From contig CAVUZH010000020.1 in the NCBI GenBank assembly GCA_963745835.1, forward strand, positions 32,001 through 96,000: DNA of 64,000 bases, read 5' to 3'. Origin of the DNA: an uncultured delta proteobacterium (lineage in GTDB: Bacteria; Desulfobacterota; Binatia; UBA9968). The notes below the pieces were generated by a model that did no database searches, was not told the origin of the DNA, and saw only the letters and a list, made by a program, of their open reading frames with translations. A program made the position numbers and the translations under genes. Below are positions 10,808 to 21,627 of this stretch, one piece after another (position 1 is the first letter of the stretch; the number at the start of each line of letters is the position of its first letter).

Positions 10808-11839
10808 TTAAAGGAGCCCGATCATCTTACCGTAACTCTTCGCAAGTGATTCCACTTTCTCCGACTGCTCCTTGCGCATGTAGATCATTTCTTTACCCTT
10901 GGCTTTCTGATAATACGCCGTTCCGGGAATTAGTGCGGAACTTACGCCGACGGTTCTTTCCCACACCTGCTGTGACTCTGGCATCGTCATAAATAGCGCG
11001 AAGAGATGCGCCGCATTGGGATGCTGTGCGCCCTTGAGCACGCCTACGTGATAGGAAGGAGCAATAACCGGTTGCACATCACTGGCCTCGGCGATTGGAG
11101 CCCCCGTCTGTTTGGCAAGGTGGATATAACTATCGGTCAAGCTAAGCGCGACAAGGATCTCGCCCACTTGGAGCCGGGTATAGGTCGGTCCCAACTCGCC
11201 CACGACAGGATTCTGCTGCGCCAGAGCTTTTACATATGCAGTGGTCTTCTCTTCTCCCCATGGTCCGACGGCCAAACGCCCCAAATGGTGAGTCGCTGTG
11301 GTCAGGCCCACCTTACCTTTCCACTTTGGTTGGAGGAGATCTTCCCAGCTCTTCGGCGCATCTTTCGAGGAAACCATGCTGCTGTTATAAGCGGGGACGA
11401 TGTATTGGTGGACAAAGGAGATCGAGCCGCCGTCGTGATCGATCAATTTCTCGTCCACGCCCAAAGACTTGTAGTCGAACGGTTTTTGCAGCTTACGCAG
11501 CCACAAGCTCGCATGGTGCGCGTCTGTGGCAACCATGACATCCCATTCGGGGGGCGCGCCTGTGGCGGCTTGAGTCGCAACCTTGCCCACGTCCCGGGTC
11601 ATGGATCCCGAGGGAATGAATTTGACATCGATGTTGGTGCCGTATCTTTTGTTTAAGGCTTGAGCAAGAACCTGGGCGCCCTCGGGCTTCAAAGTGGATG
11701 GGCCATAAAAGTTGAGGGTGCCTTCTTTTCTTGCGGCGGCGATCAAATCGTCCAGCGGCGCGGCCGGAGCAACAGAGACCCACTGAAGCACAGCGAACGC
11801 GGCGGTTAAGCCCAAGTTAAGGAGACGCAACGATCGCAT
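10808..11839 (-). CDS. ABC extracellular solute-binding protein (Fe3+/polyamine-type)
   Basis: ATG 11839 after GGAGG; signal peptide, AARKEG, PKSWEDLL, HPNAAHLF. Confidence 0.85.
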   Translation of the reverse strand: MRSLRLLNLGLTAAFAVLQWVSVAPAAPLDDLIAAARKEGTLNFYGPSTLKPEGAQVLAQALNKRYGTNIDVKFIPSGSMTRDVGKVATQAATGAPPEWDVMVATDAHHASLWLRKLQKPFDYKSLGVDEKLIDHDGGSISFVHQYIVPAYNSSMVSSKDAPKSWEDLLQPKWKGKVGLTTATHHLGRLAVGPWGEEKTTAYVKALAQQNPVVGELGPTYTRLQVGEILVALSLTDSYIHLAKQTGAPIAEASDVQPVIAPSYHVGVLKGAQHPNAAHLFALFMTMPESQQVWERTVGVSSALIPGTAYYQKAKGKEMIYMRKEQSEKVESLAKSYGKMIGLL

Positions 11840-12146
11840 TGTCCACCTCCTGCTACGTGTCACTGGATCTTCTCGGGCGCCGAGCCATACCTGCGAGTCC
11901 ATTGTGCCCGAGCTCTTACCTGCACGGCGTCTATCGCTCGTGCTGAGAATTGTCAAGGCGGTTGAGATCGTCTTCTCAGATAATCACCCGGAAACCAGAA
12001 TTGACAAACTCCGCGGAAAACAACTCGTGCGTGATCTGTTGTCCGACTCTTCTTGGGATGCCTGACCACCGCCGAGCAGAAGCCACGCTCTGAGCTCAAC
12101 CAATTTTTCGGCCGCCGGGCTTGGCGACATCCTGCCGATCACGTCA

Positions 12147-12283
12147 TTGGCACGCGTCCTGGTAATGCTAGAACAGTTCGCCGGCGTCCCCCTACATCGC
12201 GGTAGTAGTCTCGGGTTTAATCGGGTTGACAATCGTGCACCGGGATCGCAGGGACCTACCTTGAGCACCCGCGGTCATGGATG
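12147..12283. repeat. Decayed gene fragment repeated at 38399-38534
   Basis: CTGGTAATGCT..AACAGTTCGCCGGCGTC...ATCGCGGTAGTAGTCTCG..TAATCGGGTT.ACAATCGTGCA...TTGAGCACCC shared by both copies. Confidence 0.8.
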
Positions 12284-12449
12284 GTTGAGCCGTAGGTCGG
12301 ACCACCGCTACATCTCCGGAGTTTCAGGCAGTTAAAACACTTTGTGGCACGCCAACACCTGGCCAAGCTATTCTCAATCCGATTCTGAACGAGAACTCCG
12401 TCCACCTGGTCAACAGCGTCCCTGATCCTCTCTCGCTCCCGCCCAGTCG

Positions 12450-12770
12450 GTGCTCACCGATAATAGCTCTGAGTTCATGAAGCACTTCGATGAGGAAATT
12501 AGAGGTCTGCACAAGAACCATTGGCATACCTATCCCAGAACACCCAATATTGAATGCCCATGGGAAATTTTAATCCACGATTAAAGAAGAATTTATTGAC
12601 TACCATGACGAACTGCTGATCACTCCCGATGAGTTCAACCGTCAACTGATCGCATGGCTCATCTGGTACAACGCTGAATGACCTAATTGGGCACCTGAAC
12701 TTAAGTCTCCAGTCGAATTTCCTGTTGAAAGAAAATCCCGCTCTGTGCAAATCATGGTGGGCCAATACAT
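12450..12770 (+). pseudogene. IS integrase-core (IS481-like) transposase C-terminal remnant
   Basis: Frameshifted VLTDNSSEF, HWHTYPRTP, EEFIDYH, WLIWYN, LKSPVEF; ends ...CCAATACA. Confidence 0.7.
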
Positions 12771-12935
12771 TTCATTGAGTTTGCCCATGACGCATGATAC
12801 GGTCGCGCGGAATCGTCGGTGCTCGAAATCCCGACAGGGCAAGGTAGCGGGCGAAGGTTTCAGATCGAATTGCATAGTCGTCATACTTTCTCCCATAGAA
12901 TCCAAACGCAGCCTCGATAAAATTTGGAGGCAGCA

Positions 12936-14579
12936 ATGTCAACTCCTTTATTCTCCACAGAGACGTCCGTACCGGCGGAGGTGTTGGGCCGACGCATCCA
13001 GCAGAGCCTGCAGGTAATCCTCGCCGGACTCCACGAGCGCAACGCCCTCTCCGCAGCGGACACGGAGGGGCTGCGGCGCGAGCTGCGCATGTTGCTCCAG
13101 CTCGAACTCATCCAGATCGCGACCTCGGAAGTCGACAAAGCCGAGCAGGTCCTGGAGTACATGCTGCGCCCGGGCATCGAAGAGTGCCTGAAGTTGTGGT
13201 TCGGCAAGTCCGAGCAGACCGACCAGGAGATTTGGAACCAGTTCGGCGCGGACGTTGCCCTGGCGTCAAGGGGGCACTACGACCACTGGGCCTTGGATCT
13301 CGAGCACCCGCGCCTGCTAGTGGCGCTGGTGATCATGCTCGACCAGTTCCCCCGCAACATGTACCGCGGCACGCCACAGATGTATGCGTGTGACGCGCGC
13401 TGCCTGGCCTTGGTCAAACGCGGGCTGCGCGTCGGCATGAGCGGACGACTGCGCCCAATCGAACGGGTCTTCCTCTGCTTGGTCCTGACCCACTCCGAGT
13501 CGCTGGACGACCAGTATCTGTGCATGGAGGAGTGGGGCCGGGCGATGGCGGATCTGGCGTCGGATGACCCTCTGAACGCCTTTCATGAAATCTTCCACCG
13601 GCATGTCGCGGTGATCAAGCGCTTCGGCCGGTTTCCCCACCGGAACGAGATCCTGCAGCGAGCCAACACTATGGCGGAGGAGGATTTCCTGCAGAACAGT
13701 TCGTTCCGCTTCGACCTGCCACTGACCCGGCGCTCGGACGACGTCATCGTGTTCGCCGGCACAGTCAAAAAGCGCACCGTGAAACTGCTCGACTACGAGT
13801 ACCAGACCCTACTACCAGACATCGACGAGCCGCACGGGACGTTCGAGTTTGAGTATGTGGGACCGGATAACGTCTTCGCCAAGACGCAAGAACAGCTCGA
13901 GAACCAGGGGTACATCCGCATCGGTGACACCGTCCCCGACTTCACCGCCGAGACCAGCATGGGCCCGATCAACTTCCACGAGTTCATCCACGACTCCTGG
14001 TGCGTGCTCTTCTCGCATCCTGCGGACTTCACGCCGGTGTGCACTACCGAGTTCGGGGCCACGGCAAAGCTCCACGCCGAGTGGAGCAAGCGCGGCACCA
14101 AGGTCATCGGTCTGAGCGTCGACAGTGCCGAGGACCACGAGCGTTGGATCGCGGACATCAACGAGACACAGCACACGCAGGTGAACTTCCCGATCATCGC
14201 GGACAAGGACCGAGCGGTGTCGATGCTCTTTGGCATGCTTGACCCTACCACCTTCCGCCACGGGCCAACCCTAGGTCAGACGATGACCGTGCGCAGCGTG
14301 TTCATCATCTCGCCTTTGAAGCGGGTCGAGCTGATCATCTCATACCCGGCCCACATCGGCCGCAACTTCAACGAGATTCTGCGCATCCTGGACGCCCTGC
14401 AGCTCTCCGCGAAATATCGGGTGGCAACGCCGGTGAACTGGCAGCCCGGAGATGACACGGTGGTGCTGCCTTTCATCTCGGATGAGGAGGCGGAGAGCAT
14501 ATTTGCCGACCAAGGTGGTTTCCGCAAAGTGCGCTCATACCTGCGCTACGTGCGGGATCCGTCGCTGCGTTGTTTATGA
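12936..14579 (+). CDS. DUF924 domain - 1-Cys peroxiredoxin (Prx6) fusion
   Basis: DQFPRNMYRG and RFGRFPHRN (DUF924) followed by FSHPADFTPVCTTE, GRNFNEILR, ATPVNW (Prx6). Confidence 0.88.
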   Translation: MSTPLFSTETSVPAEVLGRRIQQSLQVILAGLHERNALSAADTEGLRRELRMLLQLELIQIATSEVDKAEQVLEYMLRPGIEECLKLWFGKSEQTDQEIWNQFGADVALASRGHYDHWALDLEHPRLLVALVIMLDQFPRNMYRGTPQMYACDARCLALVKRGLRVGMSGRLRPIERVFLCLVLTHSESLDDQYLCMEEWGRAMADLASDDPLNAFHEIFHRHVAVIKRFGRFPHRNEILQRANTMAEEDFLQNSSFRFDLPLTRRSDDVIVFAGTVKKRTVKLLDYEYQTLLPDIDEPHGTFEFEYVGPDNVFAKTQEQLENQGYIRIGDTVPDFTAETSMGPINFHEFIHDSWCVLFSHPADFTPVCTTEFGATAKLHAEWSKRGTKVIGLSVDSAEDHERWIADINETQHTQVNFPIIADKDRAVSMLFGMLDPTTFRHGPTLGQTMTVRSVFIISPLKRVELIISYPAHIGRNFNEILRILDALQLSAKYRVATPVNWQPGDDTVVLPFISDEEAESIFADQGGFRKVRSYLRYVRDPSLRCL

Positions 14580-14695
14580 GCTTCCTAACCTCATTCCAGG
14601 GCCGAAATCGGATTTAAGCTTGGAGGCCTTGGCTGTCCTGCTGTTTCTACGCCCAGGATTTCAGAAAGGCTTCTTAAACGTTCGGTCTCGATCCG

Positions 14696-14840
14696 TTGCA
14701 GCAGACATCCCGCCGGCCATCACCACGCCCGATTTCATCGAGACGCGCCTCGGCACGCTTAAATTTCGACGGGTTTCCGGAGGACGCCACGGTCCAAAAG
14801 ATCTATGGCCAACCTCGATTTTTCATCGCGGTGTCATTGA
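14696..14840 (+). pseudogene. DUF1254-type protein N-terminal fragment
   Basis: ITTPDFIETRLGTLKF / DGFPEDATVQKIY / NLDFHRGV across frameshifts. Confidence 0.6.
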
Positions 14841-15173
14841 ATCCAGTATTGGGGCAGATCGAACTGTTTTCTGCTTCAGTTAAAAATCCTAACAAGAGAT
14901 ATCGACTTTCTTCCTTTTCTAAAACGGCCATAGATATCAACGGCTGACAATCCATGTCTTTGGCCGGTCTTGCTTTTCTCGTTGATGCTGAAGAGGATTA
15001 TAGGATCGCACAAAATGTGAATTCGTCGACGAGAGGGCTCCATGAAACGCGCCCTCATGAAACGCATCCTCTGTTCGCTGCTTGCCACCCTGCCGTTCGG
15101 CAGCGTCCTCGGTAGAAAACGAATCCACTCACGTCTGATACATCGAATCCCGTCAATCTACGCGCCAAAACAG

Positions 15174-15911
15174 CTAGCTACTGACCACACCGCCTCCGGC
15201 CTGGAGATTTTGTCCTGTTACCCACCGCGCCGCGTCGCTGGCGAGAAAGGACGCCACGTCGGCAATATCCTCCGGCGTGCCAACACGCTTGAAAGGCGAC
15301 TGACTGGCAGCGTAGTCGTGGTACTGTTCGGGCATCATGTCCGTATCAGTGAATCCTGGCGATAGAATGTTCACCGTAATATTGCGCGGGCCAAGTTCGG
15401 CCGCCAGGCATCGGGCAAACTGTTCGATGGCTCCCTTGCTCCCGAGGTAAACCGAGTTGTTGGGGAAAATCATCTTCGTGCCGCCCGTCGAAATGACGAC
15501 AATGCGGCCACCATCGCGCACGCGGCGGGCCGCTTCCTGCAGCGTGAAGAACACGCCCTTGGTGTTGATGCCGAAAACATAGTCGTAATCCGCTTCTGTG
15601 CTCTCAATGAACGGTTTCATAATATAGACACCGGCATTGGCAACCACGATATCGAGTTGTCCCATCGCTTTTTCGGCTTCGCTGAACAAGCGCGTGACGT
15701 CGGCAGCTTTGGAAATATCGGCCTGAATCGCTATTGCCTTGCCACCCTTACCAACAATCCTATTCACCACCGCTCGTGCCGGTTGTTCGTTGCGAGTGTA
15801 ATTGATGACAATCGCCGCGCCATCGGCGGCAAGCTGCTCAGCGATGGCCTGTCCAATACCACGCGAGCTCCCAGTTACGAGTGCGGTTCTTCCGTTAAGT
15901 GAAACAGACAT
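15174..15911 (-). CDS. Short-chain dehydrogenase/reductase
   Basis: ATG 15911 after AAGGAG; TGSSRGIG, NAG, YLGSK, PGFTDT. Confidence 0.92.
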   Translation of the reverse strand: MSVSLNGRTALVTGSSRGIGQAIAEQLAADGAAIVINYTRNEQPARAVVNRIVGKGGKAIAIQADISKAADVTRLFSEAEKAMGQLDIVVANAGVYIMKPFIESTEADYDYVFGINTKGVFFTLQEAARRVRDGGRIVVISTGGTKMIFPNNSVYLGSKGAIEQFARCLAAELGPRNITVNILSPGFTDTDMMPEQYHDYAASQSPFKRVGTPEDIADVASFLASDAARWVTGQNLQAGGGVVSS

Positions 15912-15973
15912 AAAATTCTCCTTGAAAGCTTGTCTAATCGTTCGCAGGGCACTTGATCTTCTATACCACCAAC

Positions 15974-16427
15974 GAGGAGTCTGTTGGAGAACCGTGAAGT
16001 GATCGAGCAAGCGGGCACGGACTATTACGCGCTAATTCACAGGCAAAACTGGATCTATGCGCTATGCGACCGATTCGTTGACCTCCTGAAACATTGGAAC
16101 TATTGAACGATTGGAACAGTCTATTTGAGTGTTCCGACGTTGAACGCTTGAACGATTGAACGACCGCCAAGGAGGCTGCGCGTGTTCGCCTCGGATTTTC
16201 GTACGAAATCGCGATGGAAGACGCATTGCATGAGACTCAATAAAATTCTCGAATGAAAAGACATCGACGATGATCACAAAGCCATGATACTCGGAGAAAA
16301 CGCCAAGAGATTCTACCACCTCTAGCGTGAGATTCTCCCTGTTGCAGTGAACATGCGAGCGGAGTGATTAAGAAACCGTTGCCAGGCAGTCAAAGAATTC
16401 TGCTGTCGCAACGCAAAGACCTGACCC
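15974..16427 (+). mobile_element. Composite module copy A (unknown fragment + TTGAAC repeats + amidohydrolase C-terminus + Y1-transposase-like end)
   Basis: Encodes VFASDF..EIAMEDALHE..ILGENAKRFY*; ends AAGACCTGACCC 16416-16427; homologous copies at 34251, 37001, 38151, 41818. Confidence 0.8.
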
Positions 16428-16428
16428 T

Positions 16429-16650
16429 GTGGCTTGCGCACGCTTGCTGATCGATTGGGCCCTGGCGGCCGACGGCGGAATGAAATATTTCGCCGAAAAA
16501 TTCGGCCGCACGCCGACGCGAACCGGACTTGAAGAGCGCTTTCCCCTGCTTCGGGTGAACAACTATCTGGTGGTCAAGCCCGAGATCGTCGGCCCGAACT
16601 TCAAAGAATTTACCAACCTGTACAACGAGATCTTCGCGATCGGAAAGTAA
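16429..16650 (+). pseudogene. C-terminal fragment of extracellular solute-binding protein
   Basis: ARLLIDWAL..GRTPTR..; starts right after the TGACCC end, with no N-terminus. Confidence 0.6.
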
Positions 16651-16692
16651 AACAGCGCGGTCTAGGCTAAGTACTAAGTCAAGATTTGACCC

Positions 16693-17013
16693 TCAAAGTT
16701 GTTCGAGCGTCAGGCCGTCCGGACGAGCGATTCGATAGATGTAGTTCGCGGCCTTTCGGTCACCGCCGCCAGTCATGTATTCCGTCACAATATTCGGCTG
16801 TCCAGGAATATGCTTTTTCAAATACGGTAACATCGACTTCAGCCGCAAATCTCCCAACCCTCCGGGCTCCTGGCCAGCGATCACCGTGATGGTCTTGCCT
16901 TGATAAAAGAGCGCCTGCGGCAGTACCGGGTGCGGCTGGGATAAAAGGAAGAACGCCGATACGCACATGACTGCGCCGGCATTGATACCAACTTTGCGTT
17001 TCCCTGCATTCAC
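16693..17013 (-). pseudogene. N-terminal fragment of TTT (TctC/Bug-like) binding protein
   Basis: FYQGKTITVIAGQEPGG..KHIPGQPNI..PDGLTL; truncated at AAGATTTGACCC 16681-16692. Confidence 0.75.
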
Positions 17014-17312
17014 GACTGGGTCTCTTTGGCCAGGTCAAACGAGTGCACGCAGAAGACCGTGAGCCTCACAGAAACAATAGATTTCCGCGTGGCTATTGGT
17101 GACAAAGCCATGCCACATGGCTTTTGCTTAGATAGCTCAGCTGCAAGATATATTAAACGGCGGTCTGTGGCGGGTCCGCAAGTATCGACTTGTTCAAAAA
17201 TGCCGCGATGTTTTCCTCTTAAGCTGGATGGTAATGGAACCTCATAACTTTGCCGTTCTTATTAGAAGGCATTGTACTCGGTGCGCCGCGCTTCGGCGCT
17301 CACCGCGTTGTG

Positions 17313-18497
17313 TTACTCAAACTTCTCAAATGGCAGGCCGACATAATTTTCAGCAAACATAGTCTGCCCGGCATCCGATGCGGTCAAGTAATCAAGCTCG
17401 GAAATTTGTAAACGCCTGCTCATGGGATCATCGTCGAACCTATGCAGCAGGGATGTATACCACCAGGAAAAGCGGACCGCCTTCCAAACGCGGCGCAGCG
17501 CTGTGTCGGAATAGCGATCGAGCAAGTCAGTTCGTTTTTCTTTGTAATAGGCGAGCAGGGCGCGCGCGAGATAATAAACATCCGAAGCCGCAAGGTTAAG
17601 TCCTTTTGCGCCTGTGGGCGGGACGATGTGCGCCGCATCGCCTGCCAGGAAGAGCCGACCAAAGCGCATGGGTTCAGCGACAAAACTATGCAGGGGCGTG
17701 ATGCTCATTTCGAGACGGGCACCTGTTGTAACGGAATCAGCCGCATCAGAAGGAAGGCGGCGGCGCAGTTCATCCCAAAAAGCATCGTCGCTCCAATTAT
17801 TGACGTTATCGTCGGTATTGCATTGCACATAGTAGCGACTGCGGGTGTGCGAGCGCATACTGCACAACGCAAAGCCGCGTGCATGGTTGGCATAAAGCAG
17901 TTCATCCATGACCGGCGGCACATCAGAGAGAATTCCCAGCCAGCTGAACGGATACGTTTTTTCAAAAGTTTTGATTTTGTCCGCCGGAAGGCTTCGACGT
18001 GCAACGCCATGATAGCCGTCACATCCTGCGACAAAATCGCAGACGAGTTCCCAGCGTCGGCCGTTTTGCTCGTAGAGGATTCGTGGGGAATCCGTATCGC
18101 TTCCTTCCACCTTGATGGCCGGCGCGTCGAAGTGGACAATTCCCCCCGCCTCATCGATGTGCGCTTTCATCAAGTCGTGAGTGATTTCGGTCTGGCCGTA
18201 GACCATCACAACTTTTCCATTCGTATGTTCGGGAAAATCAAGGCGTTCGAGCCGGCCGTCAAATGCGACATTGATACCCTCGTGGATCAAACCCTCGCGA
18301 TCCATGCGTTCGCCCGCTTTGGCTTCCCGCAGCAAATCCGCCATACCTTGTTCAATCACACCAGCGCGAATGCGACCTAGTATATAGTCGCGGCTGCGAT
18401 TCTCGACGATCACCGTGTCAATTCCTTGCAGATGCAGCAATCTTGCAAGCAGCAGACCCGCTGGTCCTGAACCGATGATTCCGACTTGGGTTCTCAT
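17313..18497 (-). CDS. pobA: 4-hydroxybenzoate 3-monooxygenase
   Basis: GSGPAGL, RIRAGVIEQG, VYGQTE, GCDGYHG, GDAAHIVPPTGAKGLNLA, AENYVGLP. Confidence 0.95.
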   Translation of the reverse strand: MRTQVGIIGSGPAGLLLARLLHLQGIDTVIVENRSRDYILGRIRAGVIEQGMADLLREAKAGERMDREGLIHEGINVAFDGRLERLDFPEHTNGKVVMVYGQTEITHDLMKAHIDEAGGIVHFDAPAIKVEGSDTDSPRILYEQNGRRWELVCDFVAGCDGYHGVARRSLPADKIKTFEKTYPFSWLGILSDVPPVMDELLYANHARGFALCSMRSHTRSRYYVQCNTDDNVNNWSDDAFWDELRRRLPSDAADSVTTGARLEMSITPLHSFVAEPMRFGRLFLAGDAAHIVPPTGAKGLNLAASDVYYLARALLAYYKEKRTDLLDRYSDTALRRVWKAVRFSWWYTSLLHRFDDDPMSRRLQISELDYLTASDAGQTMFAENYVGLPFEKFE

Positions 18498-18647
18498 CCT
18501 TGTTCCTGTCGGCTATTCATTGCGAAGCGCAGGAATTTTCAAATTCCAATTCCTTCGATCGCTACTCTGACGAAATCGCCGTTTTGGAGAGCATTGCGCG
18601 GTCGATCTATTCAGGCGTTGCGATATTTTCCAAAGAGCACCGGACCC

Positions 18648-19880
18648 TTAAGTTAACTGGCTGGTTGCATGGGTCGAGGCTAAGACCTGCTCGACGATCG
18701 CCTCGGCGAACTGCGGATCGTTGATGTGGCAGTCGAACTCGGTCACCGGCACGGACGCCGGCAGGGCCTTCTTCAGCGCTTCCGAGAACACCGGGCACAG
18801 CGACGGGTCGTGCAAATGCCCTTCGGGGCTGTCGTGGTGCGAGAAGCCCTTCAGCGGCACGAAGAACGAGACCGGCCCCTTGGCGCTGTTGATCAGGCCG
18901 CCCATGTGCTTCGCCAACTTCTGCAGTTCGCCAGCCTCGGTGCGTACCGCGGTAATTGCCTGGTTGTGGATGTGATAACGTTTTCCCGGGAATTGTGTCT
19001 TCGCCATGTCGATGGGTCCGGACAGCATGAAGTCCGCGTTGCCCGGCGCGAAGATTACCGGCACGCCCTTCTCGAGCGCCGCTTTGGCGCGGTCCGGGCC
19101 GGCGCTGAACATGCCGTTGTTCAGATAATCGTTGATCTCGACCAGCGACACGTCGACGACCGCGCTGACGTCGCGCTCCCGCACGATCTGGTCCATCGCC
19201 ATGCCGCCGGTACCGAGCGTGTGGAACACCATCACCTCGTAGCCTTTGCTCTCCAGCGACTTGCGCACGCGCACGGTGCAGCGATCGGTGGTGCCGAGCG
19301 TCGTCATCGCGATCAGCGGCTTCGTTTCCGCGCGCACGGGCGAGTAGCTCTTCGCCATCGCGGCGGTGGCGATCGCCGCGTTGCGGAACGCGTCGCGGGT
19401 GATGCTGTTGAGCCCGGCGATGTCACATACCGGGTTCACCATGATGATGTCCTTCGCGCCGACGAACGGCCGGGTGAAGCCCGATGCCATCGTCGACACC
19501 ATCACCTTCGGCAGGCCGTACGGGAACGCCTGCATCACTATGCTGCCGAGCGTGGTGCCCATCGATCCTCCCACACCGATGATGCCGGCAATGCCATGCT
19601 TTGACTGGGCCTCCAGCGCGCACTTGACGGCTCCTTCGATCATCACTGCCTGGCACTTGCCTTCATGACGAAGGTCGCGAACCTCCTGGATCGTCTTGCC
19701 TGCCGCCGCGGCGACGGCCTCCGGCGCGATCTCGACGTTCGGATCGGTCGAATCGCGGATGCTGGCGTCGAGGTGAACGACGTCCACTCCTTCGGCCTCC
19801 AGTGTCTGCCGGACGAATTGCGCTTCCACTGCCTTGGTGTCGAGGGTCACGATCATCAGAACCTTGGGTTTGCTGCTCAT
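18648..19880 (-). CDS. Tm-1-like / UPF0261 family protein
   Basis: TLDTK, GVGGSMGT, PKVMVST, DIAGLN, VFHTLGTGG, HINDPQFA. Confidence 0.88.
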   Translation of the reverse strand: MSSKPKVLMIVTLDTKAVEAQFVRQTLEAEGVDVVHLDASIRDSTDPNVEIAPEAVAAAAGKTIQEVRDLRHEGKCQAVMIEGAVKCALEAQSKHGIAGIIGVGGSMGTTLGSIVMQAFPYGLPKVMVSTMASGFTRPFVGAKDIIMVNPVCDIAGLNSITRDAFRNAAIATAAMAKSYSPVRAETKPLIAMTTLGTTDRCTVRVRKSLESKGYEVMVFHTLGTGGMAMDQIVRERDVSAVVDVSLVEINDYLNNGMFSAGPDRAKAALEKGVPVIFAPGNADFMLSGPIDMAKTQFPGKRYHIHNQAITAVRTEAGELQKLAKHMGGLINSAKGPVSFFVPLKGFSHHDSPEGHLHDPSLCPVFSEALKKALPASVPVTEFDCHINDPQFAEAIVEQVLASTHATSQLT

Positions 19881-20016
19881 GGCCTGTCTCCTGTCGAATG
19901 AAAGAGCACTTCAAATCGCCGGCGCCGACGGTAATCGGCACCGAGCACCGTCTCGGCGCCCTTCAGATGATAGAAATCCGCTTTTGGGAGGCTCGGCGAC
20001 GGTACATCTGCATAGA

Positions 20017-20424
20017 TTACACAGTGCGACCCATGTCGAAGACGATCTCCCGTGAGATCTTCCCGTCGCGCATCTCAAAGATGTGAACCAGCCGCATTTC
20101 AATCTTGCTGCCGATTGGAAAATGCCAGTATCCATCTTTCGCCACCTCGAACGTGACGATGCTGTCATCCACCACACGCTCTTCGGTAGCGAAGCGCTGA
20201 AGAAACTGGAACTTTACATTACGCATGGACGCAAAGAGTTCCCGGTAATTCTTGGTAGTAGCTTCCTTCCCGGAAAAAGATCGATTAAGGCCATTCGGGG
20301 CAGGTGCTTCCCAAACGATGTCGTCAGTGAAAGTCTCGAGCGCCGTTTCGACCTCATTCAGCGCTTCGCTGTGGAAGTGGCTCTCCACAGCCGCCAGATT
20401 TTGGGTTATGCGATCCCTATCCAT
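20017..20424 (-). CDS. SnoaL/NTF2-like protein
   Basis: FTDDIVWEAP, HIFEMRDGKISRE. Confidence 0.8.
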   Translation of the reverse strand: MDRDRITQNLAAVESHFHSEALNEVETALETFTDDIVWEAPAPNGLNRSFSGKEATTKNYRELFASMRNVKFQFLQRFATEERVVDDSIVTFEVAKDGYWHFPIGSKIEMRLVHIFEMRDGKISREIVFDMGRTV

Positions 20425-20513
20425 CTCGTTCCCTCCATCTCTTGCTTTACTTCGTGTTGCCGCCAAACGCCCAGAGCGCTTTGTTTCAAGTCACACAATT
20501 ATTGCATCTGCTT

Positions 20514-20690
20514 TAAGTCGACACCCACCACGTGTTACCTCCCGGATCGATAAAGCTCGCTTGGCGCTCGTCGTACGGTATGTCTTCTGGCGGGACATGG
20601 TCGTGGCTCCAAGTCGAATGGCTCGGCCGTACACCGCATCTACGTCGTCAACGTAGACGTGGATCGACCCGACCCAGGGTGAAACATGAA
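20514..20690 (-). pseudogene. VOC/glyoxalase family fragment
   Basis: IHVYVDDVDAVYGRAIRLGA / ERQASFIDPGGNTWWVST across a frameshift. Confidence 0.65.
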
Positions 20691-20945
20691 ATGATGGGAA
20701 TTTGCTTTTCGGATCTCGACGCGAGTAATTGAACCCCGGCTCCATCAGCCGCTTGCGAGCCAGCTGTCAACAGCTCGACAGCGAGTCGGACCAAAAGAGC
20801 AGCCTCCATTCGTACGATTTGGGCGTACCGTATCCGATAAAGGTGGTCTCATACAACTATAATCGGCTTGAGTGGGCAGGAAACAACCTTTGGCTCAATC
20901 ATCGTAGCTGATCCAAGGATATGTCGCTGCGAAAAATACCTTCTC

Positions 20946-21165
20946 TCAGAGGACAACGGGTTTTTTGACGAGGCTTTCGCTAACGAAAGGGAAATTGTCC
21001 GCGAGCCAGGCGTCGATTCCGCCTTCGAGTGGGCGAACCCTGGTGATTCCTTTGGCTCGCAGCAGCAGCGCTACACGGGCGCTGGTCGCTTCGTTGGGTC
21101 ACGAACAGTAGAGAACGACGTCGCGATCCCGGGGAATCTCCGTAGCGCTCTTCGATCTCTTCCAT
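20946..21165 (-). pseudogene. Rhodanese-like domain fragment with in-frame UGA (CxU, putative selenoprotein remnant)
   Basis: EIPRDRDVVLYCS-TGA(21101-21099)-PNEATSARVALLLRAKGITRVRPLEGGIDAW...*; hairpin CAGCGC-ccgtgta-GCGCTG downstream of the TGA. Confidence 0.75.
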
Positions 21166-21239
21166 GGTTAACTCGCAGCCATGGGCTGGCGAAGTCGACA
21201 ATTGAAAGTTCTTTGGCCGTAAGATCAGAAACCAGCGAT

Positions 21240-21627
21240 GTAGACTTGCCTGACTCGACTAAGTCTTCTCCAAACGATTGGCTGATCTTCGAGGATCGGA
21301 ACCAAGAAACTTGCCACCCTGGGAAGAGAGATAACCCTGTTCAAACACCGCCTCGCGGATGTCCGATTGCAGGATGCGTGCTGTCGGGCAGCGATCGACC
21401 TCCAATAAAAAGTGGAAGTGATTCGAGATCAAGACATAGGTGTCGAGAGAGATAGCGCTAGAGCACGGTCGGAAGCGCTTCGATGAAGGCCCAATAGTCA
21501 CTTTGCCTGATAAAAATCTTTGGCCTTCATGCACCAGGGCGTCACGTGATGACAACCTTTAACATAACTCGCGGGTGACGCGGCATCCCCAGCCTATAGG
21601 ATTAGTCGCCTAGGCAAGTCTGACGCC
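21240..21627 (-). pseudogene. Decayed, internally deleted Y1/RAYT-like transposase with residual inverted ends
   Basis: MPRHPRV start near 21586, YVLISNHFHFLLEV (HUH); AGACTTGCCT at 21242 vs AGGCAAGTCT at 21612. Confidence 0.7.

Noticed and set aside
21096-21101. TGACCC inside the rhodanese remnant as an element end
   Set aside because: Coding similarity continues on both sides and the upstream AAGA context is absent; it is better explained as a UGA-Pro codon pair
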